From IMG/VR virus record IMGVR_UViG_3300010362_000013: DNA of 64,000 nucleotides, one strand, 5' to 3'. Source of the DNA: an uncultured virus (IMG/VR IMGVR_UViG_3300010362_000013). Lineage: Duplodnaviria > Heunggongvirae > Uroviricota > Caudoviricetes. Below the pieces are notes generated by a model, which ran no database searches, was not told where the DNA came from, and saw nothing but the letters and a program-made list of their open reading frames with translations. Made by a program: the position numbers and the translations under genes. This document shows, piece after piece, positions 1 to 10,713 of the stretch. Within the stretch, counting starts at the first letter, position 1, and each line of letters begins with the position of its first letter.

Positions 1-441
1 TACAGATATGCCTGGGCCGCAGGATTCCTCGACGGCGAGGGCTGCTTCTTCCTGTCGCAGCGCGGCGAGAACGAACTGACCTGCTGTCCTGGAATTACTG
101 TTACACAAGTTGATAGGCGTCCATTGGATGAACTGGCGATTCTGTTCCAGTGTGGCGTTGTGCGCTCGCAGGGTCATACGAGCGCTGGCAAACAGAAGTG
201 GCAGTGGGTTGTCACCCGAGCAGCAGATGTTGTCATTGTTATTGACAAGATCCTGCCGTTCCTAGTGTTGAAGGAGGATGAAGCAAGAGCACTTCGTTCC
301 TTTTGTCGGCTAGTCCATCGAGGCCGCAAGAACCCTCACTGTACTGGTACTGGCATGAAGGGCTACAAGTACGGTGGCATGGAAGCCGCTCGTCGTCGTG
401 TAGCTATTCGTGACTTCCGAAAGGCGAGACAAGCTCGCTAA
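1..441 (+). mobile_element. LAGLIDADG homing endonuclease (5' end outside window)
   Basis: Frame 1 from base 1 reads YRYAWAAGFLDGEGCFFLSQ...ITVTQVDRRPLDELAILFQCGVV...WQWVVT...IDKILPFLVLKEDEA, a single-motif LAGLIDADG pattern. It is in frame with ORF 124..441. Confidence 0.85.
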
Positions 442-450
442 TACACCAGA

Positions 451-3400
451 ATGTCGGAGATCGAATACATCCTCCGCATCATCCTTCGCGCTCGTGATGA
501 GACGGCGGCTGCATTCCGCCTTGCGCGTGAGCAGCTTCGTGGTTTCATCACTGATGCAGAGCGTGGTACGAACAAGCTCGAAGGTTTCAACACGTCGATG
601 AAGAACATGGAAAAGAACATGGGCAACGTCACCACGAAGTTGCGTGAGTGGCGTGCAGTTATGCAAGGGTTGGGCGACGACAATAAAGAAGCAAGCAAGT
701 CGGTTGGTCAACTCGGGCGCGAAATGGACACTGTTGTCAAGAAGACAACAGCAGCAGCAAGATCGCAGAAGGAACTGACACAGGAAACGAGTCGTCTTCG
801 CCAGCAGTGGAAGGAACTTGACAAGGCGCAAAAGGACAAACGTGTCAGTGATGAAGTTGCAGTAGATGGATTCAAGCGTATTGGCAGGGAGCTTGACACT
901 GTTTCCAACAAGCTCAATCTCAATACGCGCCAGTGGCAACGTGCGCGCGAGTGGGCGCAGGATGCCAAACGCTCGGCTCAGGACATTATTGATGCTGAGA
1001 AGGCGCAGACACGGGCAATGGAAGAACAGGCCAGGCGGCGGTCTGAGATTGCCAGGCAGCAAGTCAGGGAGCGTGAGCAGCTTGCCGCTCAGGTCCGCCG
1101 TAGGGCTGAGCAGGCTGAGCGAGAAGCGCAGCGAGCGCAAGCAGCGGCAGAGCGCGAGGAGAAGGCGTCAGCAGCACGCCGTCTGCGCGAATATGAGGCT
1201 GGTGTCAAGCGTCAACTCGCAGCCGATGAACGTGCTCGGGCACAACGTCATGAGGCGCGTCTTAAGGATCTTCGTGAGGAAGAGGATTACAACAATCGTG
1301 TCATCGCTGCAAGCGAACGACGTGCAAACATTGTAAGGAAGCTTGAGGAGCGGCCTTCTGTTCGTCGTCGCGATCGTGGTGACTTTGATGCTGCGCTTCG
1401 TGGTCAGCTTCAATTACTTGAGCGTGAGTATCGCGAACTCGGTAGGCACACGAAGCTCGCATCTGACGATCAGGATCACTTCGCTACCTCACTCGTTCGT
1501 GTCAGGAATGAACTTCGCAACCTAGATCGCGATACAAGTCGGTCATCAGGATTCCTGCATTCGCTGAGCCAGGCGTTCGATCGCAACTCGGGCAGCCTCT
1601 CAAAGTTTGACAATCAGCTTCGCGGCATGGGAATACTGTTGTTGGTTAGTTTTGCGCAGCAGCTAATCACGGCGCTTACTGGACTTGCTGGATCGCTTGC
1701 TTCGGTAGCAAGTTCGGCAGCAATGGCTGGTGCTGCGCTGGGTGGAGCGTTTGTTGCTGGTATTGGCGAGGCACTACCGGCGATTGGTCTGTTTGCGGCA
1801 GCGCTGTTTCGTGTCAAGAGTGTTATGGATGCTGTTCAGCAGGCGCAGATGCTACAACAGCAGACCGCGACTAGGGCACCTGCTGCGGCGCGACGGCAAG
1901 CCAATGCCACTGACGCTATTGCTAACGCTGAGGATGCGCTCAAGAATGCACATGAAGGCGTAGCTGATGCGCAAGATCGGTTGACCGAGGCGCAAGGCAA
2001 GCTTGTTGAAGCGCGACGGCAGGCACGACGTGATCTCGAAGATCTGATTCGTGCTGAGAACGATGCCAGGCTTGCTGCACTAGGTGCAGCATTGTCGCAA
2101 AAGGAAGCACAACAGGCCCTCGTCAGAGCACAAGCAACTGGCGATGTCGAAGGTATCCAACGCGCTCAGCTTGCTCTTCTACAGGCGCAGAGTGAGGCTC
2201 AGGATAAGCTGACACAAAAGCGCCGTGCAGCAGCCGATGCAGATAGGGCGCGTGCAGGTGGCGTCGAGGGGATGCCGGGTGTCCGCCAGGCTAAGAAGGA
2301 CATCGAGGATGCCGAGAAGGCTGCTGCCAAGGCTGCTGATAGTGTTGAGAAGGCACAGCGCGGCGTTGAGCGCGCTCGGCGTGGGTCTGATGCAGCGTCA
2401 GCAGGGGCAGAAACGGCTGCGGCCAAGCTGCAATTCCTGTTAGCACAGTTGTCACCGGCAGAGCGGCGGCTATACGAAGCGATAACGCGGATTCAAAAGC
2501 TGTTCCGCGAGGGTGTCTATCGTGATATCACTGACAACCTCGTCAATAGTTTTGCGCGTTCGATCGAGAAGATCACGCGCATCATCCAGCAGCCTGCGAT
2601 GGTCAATGCAGCGCGGCGGATGTCGCAGGAAATGGCGCGGCAGTTCGATCGCATCTTTGATGCCTTCACCAGCGAAAGAATGCTTGCGCAGTTCCGACGT
2701 ATCTCTGAGGCAGGCCGTCATAACCTCAAGCCACTAACAGATATTGCTATTGATTTCGGCAAGGCACTTGCCAATATTGCTGAGGAAGCTGGTCCGTCGC
2801 TCAATCGGCTGCTCACGTTCGTTGGCAGGCTGGCCCGAGATTTTCTCAATCTGACCGATCGCAAGAAGGCCATGACGGACTTCTTCGAGACGGGGGAGAA
2901 GCATTTCGAGGCATGGGTCAATCTGATCCTGTCAGTAATCCGTCTGTTTATGGCGCTGACAGGAGCCGGTGGCGCGGAATCCGGCCTCAGAACGATCCAA
3001 GATGCCACCAAGGCTATTGACGACCTTACGAAGAAGGTCAATGACAACAGGGATGGCGTTGGTAAGTTCTTCGAGGATGCGCGCCACATCGCTGAGAAGG
3101 TCGTTGAGGTCATCGTCGCGCTGGGCAAGGAACTGTTCAAGTCCTTTACGCCCGAGCGGATTGACAAATTCGCCAAGCTTCTGACTGATGTCGTTATCCC
3201 TGCGTTGGGGGATGCAGTCACTTTCCTTGGTCAAGTCAATCAGATCATCGTTGAGATTGCTGACACGGATATCGGTAAGAACATCCTCAAGGCGACGATT
3301 GCTGCCTTTATTCTCTACAACGTCTTTGGTACGGCTCTCAGCACGCTTACCAAGATGCGTGGTGCGGTCGATCTCATCAGTGCTGGCGTGAAGGGTGTCA

Positions 3401-6400
3401 AGGGCTTTGCTGGTCTGGGTGGCAGGGCTGGTGGTGGTTTGGCTGGTGAAGGTGCTGGCGCTGCCGAGACGTTCTTGGCTGGTGGAGCAGGGGGCGAGGC
3501 GGCTGGTGTTGGCGCTGCTGCGGCTACAGCGTCAACATTGGCATGGGTCGCTGCCATTGGTGCTCTTATTGCTGCTGTTGTCCTGTTGCTCGAAAAGTTC
3601 GGCCTGCTGGACGATATGTGGGACGCCATCAAGGGCGCATTCGCTGAGTTCTACAAGCAGGTCAAGCCCTCGATTGAAGGTCTTGTCAGTTCTATTGGCG
3701 ATCTGATTGATGCTTTTCAGAAGCGCGGCGGCTTGCTTGATGCGCTCAAGCCGATCTTCGATGTCTTCGTTGCTCTGTCGAAAGTCGTACTGCCGACATT
3801 TGGCCGGATGCTTGGACGCATCGTCGGCGGTGCGATTGATGTTCTCAAGGGCCTTGTCGATATTCTGACAGGAATACTAACGCTGGACTTCAGCAGGTTC
3901 TTGCGTGGGTTCAGGACGGTATTCAGTGGTCTTACGCGCATCGTCACAGCGCCGATGCGGGCAATGCTCGAAAACATCTGGGGCATCCTCAAGCTTGTTG
4001 CCGGTCTGTTCCGCAGAGCATTTTCCTCTGCTTTCCGTGTGGTTCGTGACGTTGTTGGCGACATCATCGATTGGCTGGGGGATCACTGGCGAGAAATCAT
4101 TAGTGTCATTCGCAGTCCGTTCGGCACAATCGTTCGCATCATCGTAAGTCGTTGGGATGACATCAAGGGTGCTTTTCGCGCTGGTGTGAATGCTGTTGTT
4201 GACTTCATGCGGAAGCTGCCGGGACGGCTCAAGCACTACGCCGAAGATGCTGCTGATGTTGTTGTTGAAGCTTTCAAGGGTGTTGGTGAAGCGATCATCA
4301 AGGGCATTGTCAGCGGCCTCAAGTCCGGCGCTGGGTTTGCGCGTGATCTCGCCAATGCGTTCATCGATCTGCTCAACAATCTGTTGCCGAACAAGATCTC
4401 GGTTCCGCATGCGCCGGACATCAACCTGCCTGATAACCCGATTCCGCATCTGGCAGCAGGTGGCCCTGTTCCTGGTTCTGGCAGTGGTGACAAGATTGCT
4501 GCATTACTTGAGCCAGGCGAGCATGTTTGGACCAAGGATGAAGTCAGGCGTGCTGGCGGGCATGCCGCGATGTATGCGATGCGTGCCTTCTTTGGTGGCG
4601 GCGGGCAGAGCTATGGCAGGGGGATGCAGGCCGGTGGTGCTCCCGGTGCTGGCGGTGGCGCACTAACGATTGGCTTCCGTGGCGGCGATCTTGATGATTT
4701 CCGTTCGGTGTGGCGCTTCTTCTGGAACTCGATTGTCACTGTTGCTCGGCGCGGTGCGAATGCTGTTGAGAAGCAGTTTGACGATATGCGCATCAACACT
4801 GGTCACGATGCTGACCAGATGTATAAGCGGGTGCGTGGATCGATTGCTGACATTCAGAATTCATTTAGGGTTCGTGGCAGCGCTATTGTCAACAGTTGGA
4901 GTTCGATGTGGGATAGCCTGATGAAGGTTGCCTATGACGGCCTCTTCTACATTGGGCATGAAACGAATCGAGCGCTCCACGGCCTCGGTGAGAAGACGAT
5001 CAACTTCGGACTGACCGAGCCGAAGAAGAGCAATGAGGGGAAGGCGGGTGGCGGTTGGATCGGTAGTCAGGGCCATCGTGGTCGTGACAGGGGTCTTTAC
5101 CCGCTTGGTGCAGGCGAGGCAGTTCTGAATTGGCAGCATCAACGCTATGTTGAGCCAGCCATGCATGCCTACTATGGGCATGGCCTCGGCACAATGTTCA
5201 ATCGCGTGCATGGCTATCACGCGGGTGGCGCTGAACAGACTGGTTTTGCTGCTGGTGGCATCGTACCGATTCCCGGCTTTCCCGGCGAGTCGATCGCAAG
5301 CTCGATCCTTGGCGATGTCATGAAGCTTGTCAGACAGTACAAGCTCATGATCTACGATGGCTTCGGTGGATCACCGCCGCATGCACCAAACTCAGATCAC
5401 CTCTGGGGCGGTGCGATTGATGTTGGCCCTGGTCCTGGTGGCTCATGGGATCTGATTGACAAGCTTGCTCATTGGGCTGAGCCAAGACAGAACGCACCAC
5501 GCAAGCCGTTCCGTTGGGTTGGTTACGACGGTGATCCCGGTCATGGACGCGGCAATCACCTCCACTTGTCATGGATCAAGGGCGCGCACCTCGGTAATAC
5601 TGGCGACTTCATCACACAGATTGCGCGCTCGATTGTTACTGGTCCCGACGGTGGCCTCAAGACATTCGTGCAGTCGGCGCTCGATAAGGTTCTCAAGGTT
5701 GCTAACAGCTATCTTGATGAGAAGGTCGCAGCTACCATTGAGCCGGGTGAAATGTCCGGCGGCAAGATTCCTGCACTTGGTCCCGGCGCAGCAAATACGT
5801 TCAGATTCTTCAAGAGCCAGGGTTTCACTGATGCACAGGCGGCAGGTTGGGTTGGCAACTTCGCGCAGGAGTCCGGTAACGATCCGACAGCAGTGCAGAA
5901 GGGTGGCCCTGGTCGTGGCCTTGCGCAGTGGGGCGGCGGTCGCTTCCAGATGTTGCAGCAGTTCGCGGCCTCGCATGGCAAGCCGTGGACGGATATGGGC
6001 ACGCAGCTTGCCTTTGTCATGTACGAGTTGCATGGCCCGGAAAGCGCTGCTTTCAGAGCAATCAAGGCTGCCAGGACTGTTGAAGAAGCTACGGATGCAA
6101 TCGGTACCAAGTATGAGCGTTTTGGTATCCAGGGTGATCGCTCCGGTCCTGCTCGCGCGGCATTGCGAGAGTTCGGTGGCAAGTTTGCCAAGGGCGGCAT
6201 CGTGCCTGGTGGCGATGGCACACCAATCGGTGTCATTGCTCATGCTGGCGAATGGATTCTGAATAAGGCGCAGCAGCTACGGATGGCTGAACTGGCTGGC
6301 TTGCACCCATCATCACTAGCGTCGATGCTTGGTTTCCACGGTGGCGGGAGGCACTATCAGGGCGGCGGTGATATCACCGAGGAAATTAGCCCGCTCACTA

Positions 6401-8280
6401 CCAAGGAAGTCAAGGGTATTTCTGATCGTACGTTGCGGCGGATGATTGTTCTCGTTCGTGCGCTTGAGCGCAATTTCAATGCTGCTACGATCAGACTTGG
6501 TGATGTCAATACAAGTGTAGATGTTTGGAACAAGTACATTGATCGCACTCGTTCGCAATTGAACGGAATACGAGCGCGCATCAGAGAGAGTGATCCCAAG
6601 GGCAAGAACTTCGAGCGTGGTGTCAAGGGCTTCCTCGATTCATTGGACAGCCTGACGCGCGAAGGTGGTGTGTTCGATCAGCTTCGTGCAGCAATCGAGC
6701 AGCGTGCAACAGTGGCGCAACGCAGGCTTGTTTACGGCATGCGGCGTGTGGGTGGGCGGCTGGCTGAAACAGGACGGTTCACTGTCGGTGCCGGTCGAGT
6801 TGTTTCTGAGCGCCAGGAAGAAGCTGAGCAGGCGCAGTTGGCTCTTGCAGAGCAGCGTCGTCAGCGTGGCGATCTTACTGACGAACGTCAGCGGCTACAA
6901 AAGGAGCTACAGCAGGTTGAGCGTGAGAGCAGGCAGAAGGGCCTGACAACGAAGGAGCGTGAACGTCTCAATACGCAACGCTCTCGTCTCCGTTCTCGTA
7001 TCAATGATGCTGACCAACGTATTGCTGACAATGTTCAGGCGATCTACGATGCGCAGGAAGCATATCGGCAGGCGTTGCTTGATGCTCAGCAGGAGATTAC
7101 TGACAAGATCACGAAACGCTACGAACGCGCGTCGGCAGCGAATGACCGGCTGATGCGTGTGGCGTCTGCGCTTGGTGATGATGATGCCACTGTGCGCCTC
7201 ACACAAGCGCAGCGTAGCCTCATGGAAGGCCAGGCGAATGAGCTTGAAGCGCGGATCGGTGCAATTCGCGCGCTTGGCACTCAGGAAGCTACCGATCTCG
7301 CTGACAGTATTGCAGATCAGGTTGCTGATTTGCGCACTCAGATCTTCGAGTCTATTCAGCAAGAGATCAAGGATGCTGTTGATCGCATCAATGCGAATGC
7401 ACAACGCCGAATGGGCCACCTTGATCTCGGTGGCAGATTGCTTGACGCGCTTGGCGTGTTTGGCTTCACTGGCGCAGGCGGCGGTGGCGCACGAACGCCA
7501 TTCCTGAACCAGCTTCTTGCGCAGATGGGTATCGGTGGCACGTTCTCTCGCGCAGGACTATTGCAAGCGCGTGGACAGGTCATGCAGCAGCAGTACGGCG
7601 CGTTGCAGGGACAGCTTGGTTTGGCACAGGCGCAGGGTAACATCGGCCTCATCAAGGATCTCACCGATCAGTTGGCCGAGCTTGAAGTTGCTATTCAGGA
7701 AAATACCAAGGAAGCTTTCAATTCGCGAGTCGAAGATGTCACCACTCGATCGAGCTATAATCTCAATATTCTTGATCTCAAGAAGCAGATTATTGAGCTT
7801 GACGGTACGATCGGTGGTCAGATCGATCAACAGGCAATAATCGCGAATCTGATGGAGCGCGATGCTGAGCTTCGCAACACAGGCAATCAGCTTCTTGCGC
7901 TTTACAATGAGGCCGTCGCAGCGGGTGATGAACAGGCGGCACGCGACCTCTACCAGCAGTTGCTTGAAAACGAGGTTGCAACCAAGCAGAACACACAGGC
8001 GATCAACGAAGCCACGGGGGCTGTAGCCGAGCCGCAGACGTTCTCATCGTCGGCGTGGCAGTGGTTCCGTGAAGCAATTTTCTCGGGCATGGGTCAGGTG
8101 CTTCCGCAGTACGATCCAGCACAGGCGACAGTGACCGGCGCGCAAATTGTTCCTGCTACTGCTACTACTAACAACACTGTTGGTGGTACATCTACAGTCA
8201 ATATCTACGAGGCAGGCGGGCCAATCGATGTTCAGGCCGTCACGTCAGCTATTGCGTTTACAAGCAAGACAGCACAGTAA
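451..8280 (+). CDS. Tape measure protein with embedded M15-like zinc peptidase and phage-tail-lysozyme domains
   Basis: 2609 aa, Ala/coiled-coil rich, with hydrophobic TMP repeats and repeated A.GG.V.G...GE.V motifs. SDHLWGGAIDV...NHLHLSW lies at ~5390-5575 and AAGWVGNFAQESG...GRGLAQW...YER at ~5840-6120. Tail genes follow. Confidence 0.92.
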   Translation: MSEIEYILRIILRARDETAAAFRLAREQLRGFITDAERGTNKLEGFNTSMKNMEKNMGNVTTKLREWRAVMQGLGDDNKEASKSVGQLGREMDTVVKKTTAAARSQKELTQETSRLRQQWKELDKAQKDKRVSDEVAVDGFKRIGRELDTVSNKLNLNTRQWQRAREWAQDAKRSAQDIIDAEKAQTRAMEEQARRRSEIARQQVREREQLAAQVRRRAEQAEREAQRAQAAAEREEKASAARRLREYEAGVKRQLAADERARAQRHEARLKDLREEEDYNNRVIAASERRANIVRKLEERPSVRRRDRGDFDAALRGQLQLLEREYRELGRHTKLASDDQDHFATSLVRVRNELRNLDRDTSRSSGFLHSLSQAFDRNSGSLSKFDNQLRGMGILLLVSFAQQLITALTGLAGSLASVASSAAMAGAALGGAFVAGIGEALPAIGLFAAALFRVKSVMDAVQQAQMLQQQTATRAPAAARRQANATDAIANAEDALKNAHEGVADAQDRLTEAQGKLVEARRQARRDLEDLIRAENDARLAALGAALSQKEAQQALVRAQATGDVEGIQRAQLALLQAQSEAQDKLTQKRRAAADADRARAGGVEGMPGVRQAKKDIEDAEKAAAKAADSVEKAQRGVERARRGSDAASAGAETAAAKLQFLLAQLSPAERRLYEAITRIQKLFREGVYRDITDNLVNSFARSIEKITRIIQQPAMVNAARRMSQEMARQFDRIFDAFTSERMLAQFRRISEAGRHNLKPLTDIAIDFGKALANIAEEAGPSLNRLLTFVGRLARDFLNLTDRKKAMTDFFETGEKHFEAWVNLILSVIRLFMALTGAGGAESGLRTIQDATKAIDDLTKKVNDNRDGVGKFFEDARHIAEKVVEVIVALGKELFKSFTPERIDKFAKLLTDVVIPALGDAVTFLGQVNQIIVEIADTDIGKNILKATIAAFILYNVFGTALSTLTKMRGAVDLISAGVKGVKGFAGLGGRAGGGLAGEGAGAAETFLAGGAGGEAAGVGAAAATASTLAWVAAIGALIAAVVLLLEKFGLLDDMWDAIKGAFAEFYKQVKPSIEGLVSSIGDLIDAFQKRGGLLDALKPIFDVFVALSKVVLPTFGRMLGRIVGGAIDVLKGLVDILTGILTLDFSRFLRGFRTVFSGLTRIVTAPMRAMLENIWGILKLVAGLFRRAFSSAFRVVRDVVGDIIDWLGDHWREIISVIRSPFGTIVRIIVSRWDDIKGAFRAGVNAVVDFMRKLPGRLKHYAEDAADVVVEAFKGVGEAIIKGIVSGLKSGAGFARDLANAFIDLLNNLLPNKISVPHAPDINLPDNPIPHLAAGGPVPGSGSGDKIAALLEPGEHVWTKDEVRRAGGHAAMYAMRAFFGGGGQSYGRGMQAGGAPGAGGGALTIGFRGGDLDDFRSVWRFFWNSIVTVARRGANAVEKQFDDMRINTGHDADQMYKRVRGSIADIQNSFRVRGSAIVNSWSSMWDSLMKVAYDGLFYIGHETNRALHGLGEKTINFGLTEPKKSNEGKAGGGWIGSQGHRGRDRGLYPLGAGEAVLNWQHQRYVEPAMHAYYGHGLGTMFNRVHGYHAGGAEQTGFAAGGIVPIPGFPGESIASSILGDVMKLVRQYKLMIYDGFGGSPPHAPNSDHLWGGAIDVGPGPGGSWDLIDKLAHWAEPRQNAPRKPFRWVGYDGDPGHGRGNHLHLSWIKGAHLGNTGDFITQIARSIVTGPDGGLKTFVQSALDKVLKVANSYLDEKVAATIEPGEMSGGKIPALGPGAANTFRFFKSQGFTDAQAAGWVGNFAQESGNDPTAVQKGGPGRGLAQWGGGRFQMLQQFAASHGKPWTDMGTQLAFVMYELHGPESAAFRAIKAARTVEEATDAIGTKYERFGIQGDRSGPARAALREFGGKFAKGGIVPGGDGTPIGVIAHAGEWILNKAQQLRMAELAGLHPSSLASMLGFHGGGRHYQGGGDITEEISPLTTKEVKGISDRTLRRMIVLVRALERNFNAATIRLGDVNTSVDVWNKYIDRTRSQLNGIRARIRESDPKGKNFERGVKGFLDSLDSLTREGGVFDQLRAAIEQRATVAQRRLVYGMRRVGGRLAETGRFTVGAGRVVSERQEEAEQAQLALAEQRRQRGDLTDERQRLQKELQQVERESRQKGLTTKERERLNTQRSRLRSRINDADQRIADNVQAIYDAQEAYRQALLDAQQEITDKITKRYERASAANDRLMRVASALGDDDATVRLTQAQRSLMEGQANELEARIGAIRALGTQEATDLADSIADQVADLRTQIFESIQQEIKDAVDRINANAQRRMGHLDLGGRLLDALGVFGFTGAGGGGARTPFLNQLLAQMGIGGTFSRAGLLQARGQVMQQQYGALQGQLGLAQAQGNIGLIKDLTDQLAELEVAIQENTKEAFNSRVEDVTTRSSYNLNILDLKKQIIELDGTIGGQIDQQAIIANLMERDAELRNTGNQLLALYNEAVAAGDEQAARDLYQQLLENEVATKQNTQAINEATGAVAEPQTFSSSAWQWFREAIFSGMGQVLPQYDPAQATVTGAQIVPATATTNNTVGGTSTVNIYEAGGPIDVQAVTSAIAFTSKTAQ

Positions 8281-8292
8281 GGAGGTGAAGGA

Positions 8293-9372
8293 ATGGCACG
8301 CGATGTTTTCCACATGACAGTCTCAACACCGGCATCAGTGAAGGCCAGCACCGGTCCTGATATCTCGGTGTTGCAGCCACTCGCCGGTGTCAGTGTTGCT
8401 GTCTACAAACGCGGTACGACGACAGCCGTTCAGATCTTCCAGCGCCCAACCGGCGCAACGGAAGGTCCGACGCCGGAATGCGGTGCTACTGGCGGTCCGA
8501 ATCCGTTTACGACAGGGCCTTCGGGTAACGTCGAGTTCTGGTGCGATGGTGCGCAGGAGATCGATGTCCTGATTCATGACGTTACTGCCCCGGCACGAAT
8601 TACTGATCGTACGATTGGCTGGAATCCGCTGGGTGTTGCGGCTGGATCGATGCCATCATCAATCTTGGCGCAAGATGGCAACTTGGCACTTGCCAATATG
8701 GGGCCGGATGTATTGCGTCAGTGGGTTCAGGTTGGTCAGGTGATTGAGTGGTGGCGTCCGAACGACACTGTGCCGCTGCCTTCGGGATTCGCCGTTTGTG
8801 ACGGCTCGCAGATTCCGGCTGGTCAGCATGACTTCCCTGGTATGTCAGCGCAGGCTATCAACGTTCCTGACTTGCGCAACCGTATGATCCTCGGCGCAGA
8901 TCCGTCAAAGGCGTATGCGACGGGAGCCAATCAGGGCGATGCGGCAACCGATGGTCCGGGTATCGGTGGCTCAGGTGGTTCAAATCGCGCCAAGAACTTT
9001 GCCCACGGCCACGGTGTGCCGGGTGTCGATCACACTCACACCACCGTCGATCACCTTCATGGTGTCGGTAGTCTTTACACAGGCAACCATGCTCACTCGA
9101 TGACTGCTTCCAACAGCAATACGGCTGGTGGCGTCGGGAGTGGTGGGTACGGAGCATGTGCGTATTGGAATCATGCTCACGGAATCTATGAGGCAGGCAA
9201 TATCGGCATCGGTGGTTGGACTGGTGCTGCCGATCGTGGTTTGGGAACGACTGGCTCTGACCGCTCTCTCAGCACTGCTACCAATTCGACATCGTGGTCG
9301 GCAGATCCGGGTACCGATATGCGTCCCCGATTCTATGGCTTGCTCAAGCTCATGAAGGTGAGACGCTCATGA
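8293..9372 (+). CDS. Tail fibre / tail-collar domain protein
   Basis: GQVIEWW...LPSGFAVCDG...VPDLRNRMILGA collar motif, HxH repeats, terminal P.FYGLLKLMKV; SD GGAGGTG upstream. Confidence 0.8.
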   Translation: MARDVFHMTVSTPASVKASTGPDISVLQPLAGVSVAVYKRGTTTAVQIFQRPTGATEGPTPECGATGGPNPFTTGPSGNVEFWCDGAQEIDVLIHDVTAPARITDRTIGWNPLGVAAGSMPSSILAQDGNLALANMGPDVLRQWVQVGQVIEWWRPNDTVPLPSGFAVCDGSQIPAGQHDFPGMSAQAINVPDLRNRMILGADPSKAYATGANQGDAATDGPGIGGSGGSNRAKNFAHGHGVPGVDHTHTTVDHLHGVGSLYTGNHAHSMTASNSNTAGGVGSGGYGACAYWNHAHGIYEAGNIGIGGWTGAADRGLGTTGSDRSLSTATNSTSWSADPGTDMRPRFYGLLKLMKVRRS

Positions 9373-9794
9373 GTGGTGATATTCCGTCTACTGAAAACCC
9401 TGGTATGGCTGACCCGGACACGGTAGATCATGAGCCTGGTGCGGCACAACCCTACTACCAGCGAAAGCAGGAGCGCGACGTGACTGAAAAAGGTGATGAT
9501 GTTCGGTCGTTGGATCAGGCGCAGATTGATACGGCCAATGCAGCAGTAGCGGCTTCGCTCGAATCACAGGAGGAAGTGAGAAAGGCTCACTACGAAGCAA
9601 TTGAAGCCAACAATCAGGCAGCAATGAACGCGATTCAGGCGCTCAAGACTGGTGAGCCACAACAGGATGAGGCGTTGCCGGATAACCCGACGCTTCCGTC
9701 AGATCTTCCGACGCCTGTCTTGGATATCCCGCCGATCGATAACAACAATCCTACTCCCGAAGTTCAGTACACCAATCCTTTCAACCCTTCGTAG
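9369..9794 (+). CDS. Hypothetical protein (tail region)
   Basis: ATGA overlap with the previous stop at 9369; acidic and Pro-rich, 141 aa. Confidence 0.6.
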   Translation: MSGDIPSTENPGMADPDTVDHEPGAAQPYYQRKQERDVTEKGDDVRSLDQAQIDTANAAVAASLESQEEVRKAHYEAIEANNQAAMNAIQALKTGEPQQDEALPDNPTLPSDLPTPVLDIPPIDNNNPTPEVQYTNPFNPS

Positions 9795-9797
9795 TCT

Positions 9798-10712
9798 ATG
9801 TCCCGCAACCTCGCAGCGCTGCTTACAAGGCCCATTGGTATTGCGACCGGCGATCCGAATGAAGGCATCTATGGCACAACCCATTCCGGCCCGCGTGGTA
9901 TTGAGTCGGTGATCGAGTACAACGGCATCTATCTCAATGTCCGTGAATGGGTTGATACGTATCTTGTCACGACTATTGGCGGAATTGATGATGCCGATGT
10001 GCGCGACAATCGCGAGGTCAATCCAGGCTACCACGGCGAGACAGCTTTCACTGGCTACTATGGCGGGCGCACAATCACGCTCACCGGCAAGGTCGTCACG
10101 AAGACGATCTTCAAGCTGCGCGATATGCAGCAGGGCCTCAGACAGGCGTTCGCGCCGCTTGATGTCGAGCGCCCGCTGATCTTTCACACGCCTAGTCCGA
10201 TATTGGACTTGCAGGTGTATTGCAAGAAGAATCAGGCGATTCAGATGGCCGATGAGCAGCGGACCGCGAATCACTTCGAGCGAGCTTTTCTGATTACGTT
10301 GCGGGCCAGCAATCCACGCTTCGTCAGTGTCATCCGTGAGTACAACTCGCAGACGTTTGCGGCAGCTACATTCGATGCGATTGCGTTTTCAAGTACCAAT
10401 AATGGTAACTATGCTGCGCAACCTGAGATCCAATTGCTCGGACCGATGACAAATCCAAAGATCATCAACGAACTCAACGGTGACACGATTTACATCCCGA
10501 CAACGATTCCAGCGGGCGAGCGCTGGATTATTGAAACGGCTTCGCGGCGCTTCTATCGCCAAAGCGATGTGGCGAATCGTTTTCAGTATCTCGATCCGAT
10601 GTCGGATTGGATGGAGCTTGATCCTGGTAAGAACAATCTTCACTTCATCGCCACCGGTATGACGGCGGGTACTTCCCAGCTTGTCGTCTACCATCGGCAC
10701 ACCGTGATCTAG
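9798..10712 (+). CDS. Distal tail protein (Dit)-like minor tail protein
   Basis: Position after the TMP; YGGRTITLTG, LRASNPRF, NNGNYAAQPEI..GPMTNP, W.EL.PG.N motifs. Confidence 0.75.
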   Translation: MSRNLAALLTRPIGIATGDPNEGIYGTTHSGPRGIESVIEYNGIYLNVREWVDTYLVTTIGGIDDADVRDNREVNPGYHGETAFTGYYGGRTITLTGKVVTKTIFKLRDMQQGLRQAFAPLDVERPLIFHTPSPILDLQVYCKKNQAIQMADEQRTANHFERAFLITLRASNPRFVSVIREYNSQTFAAATFDAIAFSSTNNGNYAAQPEIQLLGPMTNPKIINELNGDTIYIPTTIPAGERWIIETASRRFYRQSDVANRFQYLDPMSDWMELDPGKNNLHFIATGMTAGTSQLVVYHRHTVI

Positions 10713-10713
10713 G

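Noticed and set aside
310..7996. Numerous long antisense and alternate-frame ORFs over the tape measure and other genes
   Set aside because: These are shadow ORFs expected in GC-rich coding DNA, with no motifs, RBS or coupling.
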